This document shows positions 1-9,938 of a DNA stretch of 64,000 bases, piece by piece (the stretch's first letter is position 1; each line of letters opens with the position of its first letter). The DNA is taken from NCBI GenBank assembly GCA_044226015.1, contig JBGAHS010000010.1:348793-412792 (forward strand), in the 5' to 3' direction. Source of the DNA: Candidatus Obscuribacteraceae bacterium. Its GTDB lineage: Bacteria; Cyanobacteriota; Vampirovibrionia; Obscuribacterales; Obscuribacteraceae. A model generated the notes under the pieces. It had not been told where the DNA came from, made no database searches, and saw only the letters and a list, made by a program, of their open reading frames with translations. Both the position numbers and the translations under genes were made by a program.

Positions 1-269
1 CCTTGACGGCTCCATCGTCATCGACTCAAGTGTCATGTCCTCGATGTGAAACATGGCTGGAGCTTGAGGCAAGATGCAATGGTGTATGCTTAAGCTGTCA
101 TGCCGTCAAAAAGGCTGAAAACACAGGCAGCTGCGCTGATCTCGGCGAACAGCCGCTGACTCGATTCGATAAATCCAATGAAGCCAATAGTTCCGGCGCA
201 ACAAATACTAAAAATAAAGGGGCTGGTTCGGGACTAAAGGCTCTATTCAAGAAGGTTTTTCATGTATGA
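1..269 (+). CDS. 3' end of a hypothetical protein with a Zn-ribbon-like CxxC...CxxC motif (probably starts before the window)
   Basis: ORF at window edge; CPRC-x12-CLSC plus an extra Cys; amphipathic C-terminus GLKALFKKVF. Confidence 0.5.
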   Translation, partial: LTAPSSSTQVSCPRCETWLELEARCNGVCLSCHAVKKAENTGSCADLGEQPLTRFDKSNEANSSGATNTKNKGAGSGLKALFKKVFHV

Positions 270-366
270 TGATTTTGGTACTTTGTATTACTACGTTTGA
301 GAAACGTAGTGAATGAGGTACTAAATATAGGGTTATGGGGTTCGTGTTGGGTTTTCAACAAGTCCG

Positions 367-1650
367 ATGAATCGATGGAAGGGACCCGGATACAAAGCCG
401 GGCAAACTATCGCATGTAAAGTGTTGGCCGCTGAGCCAGGTGGTTATTCGGTAATTATTCCGAAGGACGGCGCTCGCGGATTTCTGCCAACAGAGGCAAA
501 GCTCAAGATCGGCGAGGAAGTTCTCGCTCAGTACGTTTGTGTCCATAACAATCGAATTCTTTTATCAGCCAGAATGAACGCGCAGCAAGCCTCTGGAAAT
601 TCCGCGTCAAGGTCTCAGAGCCCTGACTGGACACAGATGGCATCCAGCGGTGTTCATGCACCACCTAATCAGACCGGACAGTTCCCCGCGCAGCAATCGG
701 GAGCTTATCCAGCACAAACGGGTTCGTATCCAACACAGACAGATCCAGCGCAGACTGGAGGATACCCAGCCCAAACAGGGCAGTATCCCGCTCAAAACGA
801 TCCCTACGCAACTGGGCAGTACCCGCAGCAACAACCGCCGATGCAAGGTGCTCAAAGTGGTGCATACCATTCACCAACGCAGCCCTATCAAGGTCAAACC
901 CCCACCGGAATTCCAGAGCAAGAGCGAGCTTTTCTTGTTTATGCCGAAGGCAAACCTATGAACATTCGATTGCGCCGAGCAATCGACTTGATTTTGCCAC
1001 CACTAGACAGAAATCAGCAACCCAACAAGATGCGTATAAACCAGGGTGATGATCTGCTCTGGTTAATCACGGACCTCGAAGGTGGCATGAGAACTGGCTG
1101 CGTCAAAGCGTTCTGTGAGCCAAAGAAGTCTCGCTCAGCTGTTCTGTTATACAAAGGTCGTGCTGTAGGATGCATCTACGGAAATAAGCAATTGCGTGAG
1201 CCGCTGCCTACAGAAAGTTCCTTGCAAATGATGTTGAAAGATTGCACGACGCCAGACACGCACCTGGTGATGTACGGCCTTCCTGAGGAAGTTACGCTTG
1301 CTATGTCTGCACTCTTCCTTGGCTATCCTGTTGAGCGTTCTGATGATCTCGATGCAAAATCCTATATGGATTACATCATGAGCTGGTTTACTCAGAAAGA
1401 ACAGACTGCATGTCTGGCATTCTCTCTGCCTTCCTCTGGGGCGACTCTTCTTGCATTCATTTACAAGGGAAGTTTTGTTGGCTCCTTCTATGTGGAAACG
1501 CAAGAGTATTCGCGAGAAATCAACTTTGTGTATAACCTCATTCAATCTGACCCACAGTCTCGCTGTGAGGCTTCTATTTTGCCTCCTGAACTTACTTCAG
1601 CCTCGGTTCGTCTGGGCTTTAGTCTGAGCATGAACATGCCAAAAATGTAG
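367..1650 (+). CDS. Hypothetical protein: N-terminal S1/OB-fold-like domain, Pro/Gln/Gly/Tyr-rich linker, two tandem DUF2226/DUF4388-like modules
   Basis: 427 aa; GQTIACKV..EPGGYSV..GFLP..KIGEEV resembles S1; QTGxYPA repeats; RTGCVK...VLLYKGRAVG and QTACLA...AFIYKGSFVG duplicated module. Confidence 0.6.
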   Translation: MNRWKGPGYKAGQTIACKVLAAEPGGYSVIIPKDGARGFLPTEAKLKIGEEVLAQYVCVHNNRILLSARMNAQQASGNSASRSQSPDWTQMASSGVHAPPNQTGQFPAQQSGAYPAQTGSYPTQTDPAQTGGYPAQTGQYPAQNDPYATGQYPQQQPPMQGAQSGAYHSPTQPYQGQTPTGIPEQERAFLVYAEGKPMNIRLRRAIDLILPPLDRNQQPNKMRINQGDDLLWLITDLEGGMRTGCVKAFCEPKKSRSAVLLYKGRAVGCIYGNKQLREPLPTESSLQMMLKDCTTPDTHLVMYGLPEEVTLAMSALFLGYPVERSDDLDAKSYMDYIMSWFTQKEQTACLAFSLPSSGATLLAFIYKGSFVGSFYVETQEYSREINFVYNLIQSDPQSRCEASILPPELTSASVRLGFSLSMNMPKM

Positions 1651-1695
1651 TTAGCTGAATCTGTGCTTGTTGCTCAACGGTTGATTCACTATCGG

Positions 1696-1747
1696 TGCAT
1701 CACTCGCTTGCATCACTCGCTTGCATCACTCGGTGCAGCACCTCGCT
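1696..1747. repeat. Short tandem repeat, 13-bp unit TGCATCACTCGCT x3-4
   Basis: Read directly in the intergenic sequence. Confidence 0.8.
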
Positions 1748-1815
1748 TTGTTCAGCATTCATGGATCACCTGAGTTGTTTTACTATCGACAGTTCGTTCT
1801 AACTTTGAGCTTCTG

Positions 1816-1851
1816 AAAAGAAAAGGACTGGTGTTGCCACCAATCCCTTTT
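1816..1851. terminator. Probable bidirectional intrinsic terminator between convergent genes
   Basis: AAAAGGA-C-TGGTG ttgc CACCA-A-TCCCTTTT, with an A tract on the left and a T tract on the right. Confidence 0.65.
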
Positions 1852-1872
1852 AGAATTTAGTTGACTGAGAGT

Positions 1873-3993
1873 TTAGTCGTTATAGTTCTGACCCCAACCC
1901 ACTTCTTGTCTGTTTTCCTGCTCTTCATCTTGATTAGATGCACCAGAGAAAGGCAACTCTAATTGAATTGTTTCTTGTGATGACTCTGAGTTTTCTTGTT
2001 GCTCTTCGCCATTGTGCTCATCATGACCGTTCTCGTGTTCATGCGAATGGCGTGTTTCATCCGTTGCACCTTCGCCTGGCTCAGAGTGCTCTTGATGATA
2101 TGGTTCACGCGATTGCGCTTCGTCTTCAGACAAAACTTCTGCAGCAGAATACTCGTCTGCTTTATCTTTAGGTTTTAGTCTGTAAATTCCAGTGACAGGA
2201 TCGATCTCGGTCTCAAAGTCGCTTTCTGGTAGAGGCGCTGGCTCGCTAATCTGATGGACCTCGCTTGCGGTGACAACTTCTTCTTCGACTTCTGGCTCTA
2301 CTTCGGTTGCTGCCAACGAGACTTCTTCTTCATCAGGCATAACTACGGTAGCCTTTTCGAAAACCGGCTCATCGTCATCATCATCATCGTTATCATCATC
2401 GAGATCATCACTGACAGAGGTTTCCTGAACAGGTTCAGCTTGAATTAACAGCTCTTCCTCAGCTTCCTTGTCGCCATCTTCCTCATCATTGTTGTTGAAT
2501 TTGCGTGAGGGACCGAATTCATGTCCGCCAAGCAATTCTTCCGGCATTTGATCAAGAATTTCAACAGGAACATCGATTTCTTCAGTTACTTCTTCGTCTG
2601 CTTCCATTTCTGGTTCGAAGTCTTGAACTGATTGTTGCAATCTTCCATTTGTCGCTGATACAGCGCGAAACTGTGAAGGCTGGTTGCTGCGTGTTGCTGC
2701 ACCCCGCAATTGCTGCTGTTTGCCGCCTTTGCCTTTGCTAGACTCTTCATCTTTGTTGGGCAGCGAGATCACTTTGCGGAACTCACCAGTGCCCAATGTG
2801 AGAGTGGGTACTGCACCTGTGCCGGAACAGTGAGGACATTGCTCTGCAAACAGTTCGCGCAGGCTCTGTCCCTGACGGCGTCTTGTTAATTCAACAAGTC
2901 CGAGGTCAGACATCTGACCCATTTGCGGTTTTGCACGATCTTCTTCCAGCGAACGGTTGAACATTTCGAGAACTTGTTGCTGATCTCTTCTGCTTTCCAT
3001 GTCGATGAAATCTACAATCACCATACCACCGATGTTGCGCAAACGCAGTTGACGTGGAATTTCTTGTGCGGCTTCCATGTTCGTTTTGCGAACTGTTTCA
3101 GCTTGCGTACGTGAACTAGTGAAGCGTCCAGAGTTTACGTCGATAACAGTCAACGCTTCGGTAGGTTGAATGTTCAAATGTCCACCCGATGGAAGGTCTG
3201 CTCTATCGGAAAGAACAGATTCGATGTCCTTATCGATTCCTTTTGAAATCAGAAGCGGATCATCACCCTGGTGATGCAGAACCTTGGTTGTTCTTCCTGC
3301 CCAACCCGACATGAATTCTGAAGCGCGCTTTTGTCCGTCTGCAGTGTCTACAAGAATTTCACTAACATCTGTTGAGTATGCATCGCGAATTACACGGTAC
3401 AGAAGATCTTGATCGCGATAAACAAGTTTTGGTCCAATAGAGGCTTCGCCTTCGGATACTATTGTTTGCCAACGATCCCACAATTGTTCGAAATCTTCGA
3501 ACAAGGACGCTTCGTTTTGTCCTTTGGCTTCTGTTCTGATAATTACGCCTACACCTGGCGGTTTCATCAGAGTAACAACTGATTTCAATCTAGCTCTTTC
3601 TTTCGATTCGCTGATGCGACGTGAAATTGAAATTCCGCGCTCTTCTGGTACCAGTACCAGGAAGCGTCCAGGCAAGCTTATTGCGGTCGACACTCTCGGT
3701 CCTTTGTGACCAGTTGGCTCTTTGGTGATTTGCACTAGTAGCTTCTGCTTGGGAACAAGTCTGTCTCTCAGTGCTCCTTCCCCCGGAATGTCATTGGCGT
3801 GCAGGAAGCCCATTTTGTCTTTGCCGAGATTCACGAATGCTGCATCAATGCCAGGCAATATGTTCTCGACGATAGCGACATAGATGTCGCCTAACAATAA
3901 CTCTCCTCTGTTGACGAAGAATTCGACAACACGATCATTCTCCATGAGTGCTGCGATGTTATCCGCTTCTGAAATTATGATTGACTTTTTCAT
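1873..3993 (-). CDS. rne: Ribonuclease E/G family (Rne/Rng) with long acidic C-terminal tail
   Basis: ILPGIDAAFVNLG, KEPTGHKGPR, TEALTVIDVNSG, RQLRLRNIGGMVIVDFIDM and Zn-link CPHCSGTG motifs. Confidence 0.95.
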   Translation of the reverse strand: MKKSIIISEADNIAALMENDRVVEFFVNRGELLLGDIYVAIVENILPGIDAAFVNLGKDKMGFLHANDIPGEGALRDRLVPKQKLLVQITKEPTGHKGPRVSTAISLPGRFLVLVPEERGISISRRISESKERARLKSVVTLMKPPGVGVIIRTEAKGQNEASLFEDFEQLWDRWQTIVSEGEASIGPKLVYRDQDLLYRVIRDAYSTDVSEILVDTADGQKRASEFMSGWAGRTTKVLHHQGDDPLLISKGIDKDIESVLSDRADLPSGGHLNIQPTEALTVIDVNSGRFTSSRTQAETVRKTNMEAAQEIPRQLRLRNIGGMVIVDFIDMESRRDQQQVLEMFNRSLEEDRAKPQMGQMSDLGLVELTRRRQGQSLRELFAEQCPHCSGTGAVPTLTLGTGEFRKVISLPNKDEESSKGKGGKQQQLRGAATRSNQPSQFRAVSATNGRLQQSVQDFEPEMEADEEVTEEIDVPVEILDQMPEELLGGHEFGPSRKFNNNDEEDGDKEAEEELLIQAEPVQETSVSDDLDDDNDDDDDDEPVFEKATVVMPDEEEVSLAATEVEPEVEEEVVTASEVHQISEPAPLPESDFETEIDPVTGIYRLKPKDKADEYSAAEVLSEDEAQSREPYHQEHSEPGEGATDETRHSHEHENGHDEHNGEEQQENSESSQETIQLELPFSGASNQDEEQENRQEVGWGQNYND

Positions 3994-4102
3994 GGCAATA
4001 TTGTTCTTGCTCCTTAGGTCTTAAGCCACAGCTGCAGCCGGTCTTGCCGTTGCATCCATGTCGTATTTTGTTTGTAGGGAATTTTGTTTTGTCATCATTG
4101 AA

Positions 4103-7030
4103 CTAAACACTTGCATCGAAAATCACGCGACCGTCATCAGTTCTGAGGTCGGCGCGTGTGAGGTGCCAGGACGCATCTGGCAAAACCAACTTTAGAATTT
4201 CGGTTGGTTTTAGGTGCGCCCTTGAGCCGTGTGATAAGCAAAATTCGATGCTGAGCGGGTCAACATTCGAAAGCCTTATCGAAAAAATGTTCGGTCTAAT
4301 ATTCTTGAACTTTGGTGCTTCTTCTTTTGGAGTGGAAGAATGCTTACCTTTGCCCTTGCGATCTGCCTTTTTAGATTTGGCAGAAGAGCTTTGTTCAATC
4401 ATTATTTCTGATTGGTCCAGAATATTATGAATTTTGGCTTCCAACTCATCTCTTGTAAGCGTGCTCTTGCTTGATGAGTCTTGAGCGCAGTCATCCGCGG
4501 TGTACTTCTTTATCACCGCTTTGTAGGAAGCTCTTCCAACAAGAGTGGCAAGAGAAGGTGCATTCTTCTCTACCTTGCGAGCTCTTCCTAATTGGATCTC
4601 CGCTGGCAATTGAGCATTTAAGCGAATACGAAGATCTTCAGGATCTATGTCTTCGCTTAGCTCGAAATCAGCCAGTTCAGCGTCACCTTCTGCGAATAAA
4701 GGCAGTGAAAGTGCGATTGAAACTTTCGGACTGGGATTGAATCCCTCAGTGTATGCAAATGGCAGCTCAGCTCTGCGTCCTGCTCTGATGAGCAAGTGTT
4801 GCAAATCGAGATGCGATATAAACTTCAAATCTGCGTGTTTTGAAAATTCAAAACGAATACGCGACTTAACTTGATTGCTGGGCGTCTCTGCAGCTTTTTC
4901 AAAGAACAGTGATGGGTGAACATCTCCATCGCTTTCTACGTGCACTGCTAGCTCCTTCACAAAAGGATTTTTCTTCATCACTTCTGGTTTTGGTGCCGCA
5001 AGATGATGTTCAGTATCAAGCTCAGTACAAACTCCACAAGCATGGCATGTGTTTTCGGTACATGGTGCGGTTTCTTGAACAGCAACCGCCTTTTCCCATT
5101 CCTTTTTCAACCACCAGTCAGCTAGACCCACATGTACAATGTCCCATGCCTGTCGTTTTCCAACTTCGCGATCGCGACCTGCTTCATCTTCAAGCGAGAT
5201 GTTTAGCTTCTGAGCTTCCTCAGCCCAAATTTGGGGTTTGAAGTGTTCGTCCCAGGCATCGAAAGTGCAGCCTCGCTTGAACACGTTATGAATCAAATCG
5301 CCAATTTTTCTGTCACCGCGCGAGATAACGGCTTCCATCATGCTAATGGGTCCATTCGTGAAATTGAAATAGACGTTTCTCAGACCGGAAGCTCTCAGTG
5401 CATCACGCAAGTATTGTTGTTTGCGGGCGAATTCTTCAACACTGTTCTGTCCGAACCATTGAAATGGTGTGAACGGTTTCGGAACAAAATTTGAAATCGT
5501 GCAAGTAAATTCGATGCCTTTCTTGAACTCATCGGGGTCGCCTTCTCTGCGGATGCGACGGCATAATTCAGTCGCTTCTTTCAAGGTAGCGATGATGCCA
5601 TCAAGGTCTTCATCGCGTTCGGTCGGCAAACCAATCATGTAATAGAGTTTGACGGAACTCCAGCCTGATCTGTAAGCTGCATCGATAGCGTTGATGATTT
5701 GCTCGTGGCGCAGTCCTTTGTTTATTACTGCTCGCAATCTCTCGGTGCCTGCTTCAGGCGCGAGAGTGATACCAGATTTCCTGACTACTTTCAGTTCTTC
5801 TGCTATTTCCAAATTCATGCGATCTGCACGCTGTGATGGAAATGACATTGATGTTCGCTGTGCAGCGTGAATTTGATTTAGAGATCTGACAGATTCATGC
5901 AAACTGGTGTAATCACTTACACAAAGCGAAAGCATGGAGTATTCTTCATATCCAGATTTTTTGATTGCTTCCTGGCTCAGCCTGACGAGATCATCAGCTG
6001 AACGTTCGCGAACCGGAAGGAATGTATAACCAGGCTGACAAAATCTGCAGCCCCGATCGCATCCCCTGCGGACTTCTAATACCTGTCTGTCATGCACGAG
6101 AGATAGATAAGGAACAATGCCAGTTGTTGGCTGATTCTCATCATTCAACTGCGAGACCTGGCGCAAAATGCGATTTGGCGCCTCTTCAATAGTTGCTTTT
6201 ACAAAAGGGCTATCAGGTCTTTCTTCGTAAAAACATGGAACATACACGCCAGAAACTCTTGCCAGCTTTTTAAGCAATGCGATTCGCAAAGCTGCTGGGT
6301 CACCAGTTTCCAGGTCTTCTTTTGCCTTGAATTCTTTTACCACGTTCATTGTTTCAACGATTGCTTGCTCGCCGTCACCAATGATGAAAAAGTCCATGAA
6401 ATGAGCCATGGGCTCTGGGTTCACTGTCGAGGGACCACCACCGAATACTAGAGGGAAAATGCTCTTGCGGTCTTTTGCGTTAAGCGGAATTTGTGCAAGT
6501 TCCAACATATTCAAAACGTTCGTATAGCAAAGCTCGTAAGCTAGGGAAAATCCGAGCAGCTCGAAATTATGCAAGGCTTCTTTGCTTTCCCAGCCCCAGA
6601 GTGGCAACTGAGTTTCCCTCATCAGTGCTTCCATGTCTCTTCCTGGAGCATAGGTTCGGTCACACATCAGATCGGGAGTGCTGTTTACTATCTGATAAAG
6701 AATGCGTTGACCGAAATTGGACATTCCAAGTTCGTACAAATCGGGAAAGGCGAGACTCAGATGTACTTTCGTCTCGTTGAATGGCTTGCGGATGGCTCCC
6801 CACTCGTTGCCGAGATACTGACCGGGGCGCTCAACCTTGTAAAGCAAGTCATCCATGAGGGTCTTGCTTATAAAATCGGACTTTAATGCTAGCTTTCTAT
6901 CGGCTGTCGCGGCACTGCCGGACAGACTTGCAACTGAGTGGTTGATTTTACCGTACTCCCACAAACTTACCTGTGACGCCCCTGACCCTGCTAGTCTCAC
7001 CGCTGGTCGGAGGAAAGAATCAAACTTCAA
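4103..7030 (-). CDS. B12-binding-type radical SAM protein (TIGR03960-like) fused to a radical SAM-linked domain (TIGR03936/DUF2344-like); true start may be near 6856
   Basis: VERPGQYLGNE, FPDLYELGMSN, RRGCDRGCRFCQ, TLAPEAGTERLR; C-terminal KFISHLDL..RAGRRAELP..YTEGFNPSPK. Confidence 0.9.
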   Translation of the reverse strand: MKFDSFLRPAVRLAGSGASQVSLWEYGKINHSVASLSGSAATADRKLALKSDFISKTLMDDLLYKVERPGQYLGNEWGAIRKPFNETKVHLSLAFPDLYELGMSNFGQRILYQIVNSTPDLMCDRTYAPGRDMEALMRETQLPLWGWESKEALHNFELLGFSLAYELCYTNVLNMLELAQIPLNAKDRKSIFPLVFGGGPSTVNPEPMAHFMDFFIIGDGEQAIVETMNVVKEFKAKEDLETGDPAALRIALLKKLARVSGVYVPCFYEERPDSPFVKATIEEAPNRILRQVSQLNDENQPTTGIVPYLSLVHDRQVLEVRRGCDRGCRFCQPGYTFLPVRERSADDLVRLSQEAIKKSGYEEYSMLSLCVSDYTSLHESVRSLNQIHAAQRTSMSFPSQRADRMNLEIAEELKVVRKSGITLAPEAGTERLRAVINKGLRHEQIINAIDAAYRSGWSSVKLYYMIGLPTERDEDLDGIIATLKEATELCRRIRREGDPDEFKKGIEFTCTISNFVPKPFTPFQWFGQNSVEEFARKQQYLRDALRASGLRNVYFNFTNGPISMMEAVISRGDRKIGDLIHNVFKRGCTFDAWDEHFKPQIWAEEAQKLNISLEDEAGRDREVGKRQAWDIVHVGLADWWLKKEWEKAVAVQETAPCTENTCHACGVCTELDTEHHLAAPKPEVMKKNPFVKELAVHVESDGDVHPSLFFEKAAETPSNQVKSRIRFEFSKHADLKFISHLDLQHLLIRAGRRAELPFAYTEGFNPSPKVSIALSLPLFAEGDAELADFELSEDIDPEDLRIRLNAQLPAEIQLGRARKVEKNAPSLATLVGRASYKAVIKKYTADDCAQDSSSKSTLTRDELEAKIHNILDQSEIMIEQSSSAKSKKADRKGKGKHSSTPKEEAPKFKNIRPNIFSIRLSNVDPLSIEFCLSHGSRAHLKPTEILKLVLPDASWHLTRADLRTDDGRVIFDASV

Positions 7031-7385
7031 ATTTTTTCCGAGCTTGCTGAACTCAGCGTTTGCTCGATGCTTTACCAGTCAAGGGAAGTCGCTGATGCAC
7101 TCCCTCCGGAGGAAGCCGGTGTTCTGAGATTCAGAGACCGTGGCTCACATTCTACTATATGCCCGGTCCTATGCCTCATGCACTTACGAAGCATGAAGAA
7201 GTTAAAATATCTATTAGGAAGTGTTTCTTGCTAATCAAGCGGACGGGGATTGTTGCATATTGCGGCAAAGCGGATCTTGCCTTAAGCTTGAGGTAGGCAT
7301 AGCTAAGCTGATTTTAATCATTCTGGCGGCGTGAGCTGTCAGTTTATAAGTCGTTCTATTTCAACTGTCTTGCAAAGGGCAAATC

Positions 7386-7745
7386 GTGATCCTAGAGGCG
7401 TTTTCTAAATATCTCCAGTCCAGTGACCCCGAGCGTTCGGCTGTCAATGTGTTGGTGCAATGGCTCTGGGAACGACTAAGTTTGCCGGCACAAAATAATG
7501 TAGACAGAGTCATTAAACATGAGATTGGCATTGAGCGTGGTGAAACCCCTGGAAAGTCTGAAGAGCTTGCTCCATTTGCTGAAAGCGGAGAAACTGCAAA
7601 ATATACTTTCGTTGCTTTATCGAGCAGCGGTAATCGATTATTGAATTCTCTCTATGAGTATGCGATGAGTTATGAGCAACAAAAGTGGTCCAGATGGGTG
7701 CACTGTGTTAAAGCCAGCGATTTTAAAATGACACGCCATGACTGA
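7386..7745 (+). CDS. Hypothetical protein
   Basis: 119-aa ORF with natural composition; stops 10 bp before the next co-directional gene. Confidence 0.7.
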   Translation: MILEAFSKYLQSSDPERSAVNVLVQWLWERLSLPAQNNVDRVIKHEIGIERGETPGKSEELAPFAESGETAKYTFVALSSSGNRLLNSLYEYAMSYEQQKWSRWVHCVKASDFKMTRHD

Positions 7746-7755
7746 GTTGAGCTAA

Positions 7756-8238
7756 ATGAAATGTCCTAATCGGTTAATTCTTCCAATATTTGCAATCGCC
7801 TTAATCATGGCTCTGCTTATCTGGTTCGCTCCCCGTTTATTGGCTGCAGAGAATTTAAGATTGCGAGAAGGTCTATCTTATGTGCACGATCTGGATAAAG
7901 GCTTTCCGATAATTGCAGACAAGATGGATGATGTGAAACTCGACGGCGGGCGTCCTGTGCTCATCTTTTTTGGTGCTGCAGGTGATCTAAACACAAACCG
8001 GCAAGCCAAGCGCGTTGTTGATATGTACAGGAAATACAAAGACCAGCTCAAATTTCTTGTTGTTGATGTTGACCACGGTACGAGCCCCGAACTTAAGCAG
8101 CTTTTGAAAAACTACTATCAAGGCTATATTCCGCAGGAAGTTCTTATTGATAAGGACGGAAAGACTTTCTGGACGCACATAGGCGAAGTCGATTCCGGTT
8201 CGTTATCTAATCAAATTGACAAAATGCTGGCACATTAA
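7756..8238 (+). CDS. Membrane-anchored thioredoxin-fold protein lacking CxxC
   Basis: N-terminal hydrophobic segment; RPVLIFF..., KFLVVDVD, GYIPQEVLIDKDGK (cis-Pro loop). Confidence 0.75.
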   Translation: MKCPNRLILPIFAIALIMALLIWFAPRLLAAENLRLREGLSYVHDLDKGFPIIADKMDDVKLDGGRPVLIFFGAAGDLNTNRQAKRVVDMYRKYKDQLKFLVVDVDHGTSPELKQLLKNYYQGYIPQEVLIDKDGKTFWTHIGEVDSGSLSNQIDKMLAH

Positions 8239-9074
8239 TTGCGGTGTTTCAGATTAGCGTCGAGAGTTGCCACCAATTCTAGTGGCAATCGAACAGTTCC
8301 AATTGTGGGTGGATAATCCTCAAATGGACCGTGACAGTCCGACCCACCTGTTACAAGCAAGCCGTTCTCTCTAGCCATTTTCAAATATTTCTTGACCATC
8401 GAATTTGTATGACCGCGGTGATAAGCTTCGATTGCGTCGAGCCTCGACTTCTTTAGTTCAATCACTAATTCTGGGATGAAGTCATCTTTACCGGGATGTG
8501 CAAGTGATGCTATGCCACCTGATGACTGAATAGCTTCGATTGCTTGCTCAGGCGTGATCGATCGTCTTTCAATCTTGTATTCAGAGTCGCGGTTCAATAG
8601 CATGCGGTAAGCATTGCTCACATCTTTGCAAACGCCTTTCTTCACCATCGCCTTGCAGATATGCGGACGACCCAGGCTGCCTTTGCCGGCTTCATCAATA
8701 ACGTCTTGCAGGCTGAGATTGAACCCTTTTGCATTGATTGCCTCTAGCGTCTCATTGATATGCTCAACGCGTGCACTCTGTTGAAGCTTGATTGCGTCCT
8801 GAAGCGCCTTTGCGTTTGGGTCTATGTAATACCCTAAAATATGGACATCTTGTTTGATGCCTTTGGTATTTCTCCAGATGGTATTGAATTCAATACCATC
8901 GATTGTTCTGATCTTAGCTTCGGCGGCGAGCCTAAATTCATTGAGCCCTTCCACTGTGTCGTGGTCTGTCAGAGCAATAACCTTGAAATTTCGTTCGCAA
9001 GCTGCATTTACAAGCTCTGCAGGACTCCAGTTCCCATCAGAATAATATGTGTGCAAGTGGAGGTCCGCTGTCAT
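8235..9074 (-). CDS. PHP-domain phosphoesterase (TrpH/YciV-like)
   Basis: DLHLHTYYSDG, IALTDHDT, VHILGY, GRPHI, LAHPG, TGGSDCHG. Confidence 0.92.
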   Translation of the reverse strand: MTADLHLHTYYSDGNWSPAELVNAACERNFKVIALTDHDTVEGLNEFRLAAEAKIRTIDGIEFNTIWRNTKGIKQDVHILGYYIDPNAKALQDAIKLQQSARVEHINETLEAINAKGFNLSLQDVIDEAGKGSLGRPHICKAMVKKGVCKDVSNAYRMLLNRDSEYKIERRSITPEQAIEAIQSSGGIASLAHPGKDDFIPELVIELKKSRLDAIEAYHRGHTNSMVKKYLKMARENGLLVTGGSDCHGPFEDYPPTIGTVRLPLELVATLDANLKHRN

Positions 9075-9865
9075 TTGACTGCTTCTTCCTCAAATCTAAT
9101 TCTATTAATTTCAGTTGCTCTGCCTGTCTCTTTGTCAATGGTTACGGATAATCCGCAGGCAGCAGCCTGTCCTTCGGCAACTTCGAAACGAGAAGGAAGT
9201 TGTTGCACCATTCTTCTGAAAACGCCTTCAATCTGCATTCCAATGACTCCATTCATGGGACCGCAGGCTCCAGCGTCGGTCAGATATGCTGTTCCTTTAG
9301 GTAATATGCGCTCATCTGCTGTTTGCACGTGAGTGTGGGTTCCAACAACAACTGAGACTCTTCCATCGAGATACCAACCCATCGCAATTTTCTCTGCTGT
9401 AGCCTCAGCGTGAAAGTCGACAAAAATGATGTTAGTCTCTTTTTGTATCTCTTTTAGCAATTCATCGGCAATCAAGAATGGAGAGCGAAGTGGCTCCATG
9501 AATACTCTGCCATGAAGATTCAACACTGCAATTTTGCAGCCCGCGACCTCGACTATGCAATAACCTTTTCCTGGGGTGCCGTCGGGGTAGTTAGCAGGTC
9601 TTAGAAGCGTGGGGTGCTTATCTATGAAGTCAAAGATCTCGCGACGATCAAAAGTATGATTTCCCCCAGAAAATACCTTTACACCAGCCTCGGTAAGTTC
9701 ATTCAGGTGTGTTTCCTGCACGCCAAAACCGTGGGCAGCGTTTTCGACATTGGCTATGATCAGATCTGCTTCAGGTTTCTTAGTCTTCAAATAAGTGCAA
9801 AGTGCTCTGCGCCCTGGCTTTCCAATGACGTCCCCAAAAAACACAATCTTTAATGTCTGACTCAT
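9071..9865 (-). CDS. ymdB: YmdB/TIGR00282 family metallophosphoesterase
   Basis: GDVIGKPGR, NVENAAHGFG, GNHTFD, LRPANYP, DFHAEATAEK, GTHTHVQTADERIL. Confidence 0.93.
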   Translation of the reverse strand: MSQTLKIVFFGDVIGKPGRRALCTYLKTKKPEADLIIANVENAAHGFGVQETHLNELTEAGVKVFSGGNHTFDRREIFDFIDKHPTLLRPANYPDGTPGKGYCIVEVAGCKIAVLNLHGRVFMEPLRSPFLIADELLKEIQKETNIIFVDFHAEATAEKIAMGWYLDGRVSVVVGTHTHVQTADERILPKGTAYLTDAGACGPMNGVIGMQIEGVFRRMVQQLPSRFEVAEGQAAACGLSVTIDKETGRATEINRIRFEEEAVK

Positions 9866-9938
9866 TCCTCAAGCATACCGTAAAATAAAGCATGAGGTCG
9901 ATTCCTAAATTGAATCTTTCGGAAACTTCAATAACGCT

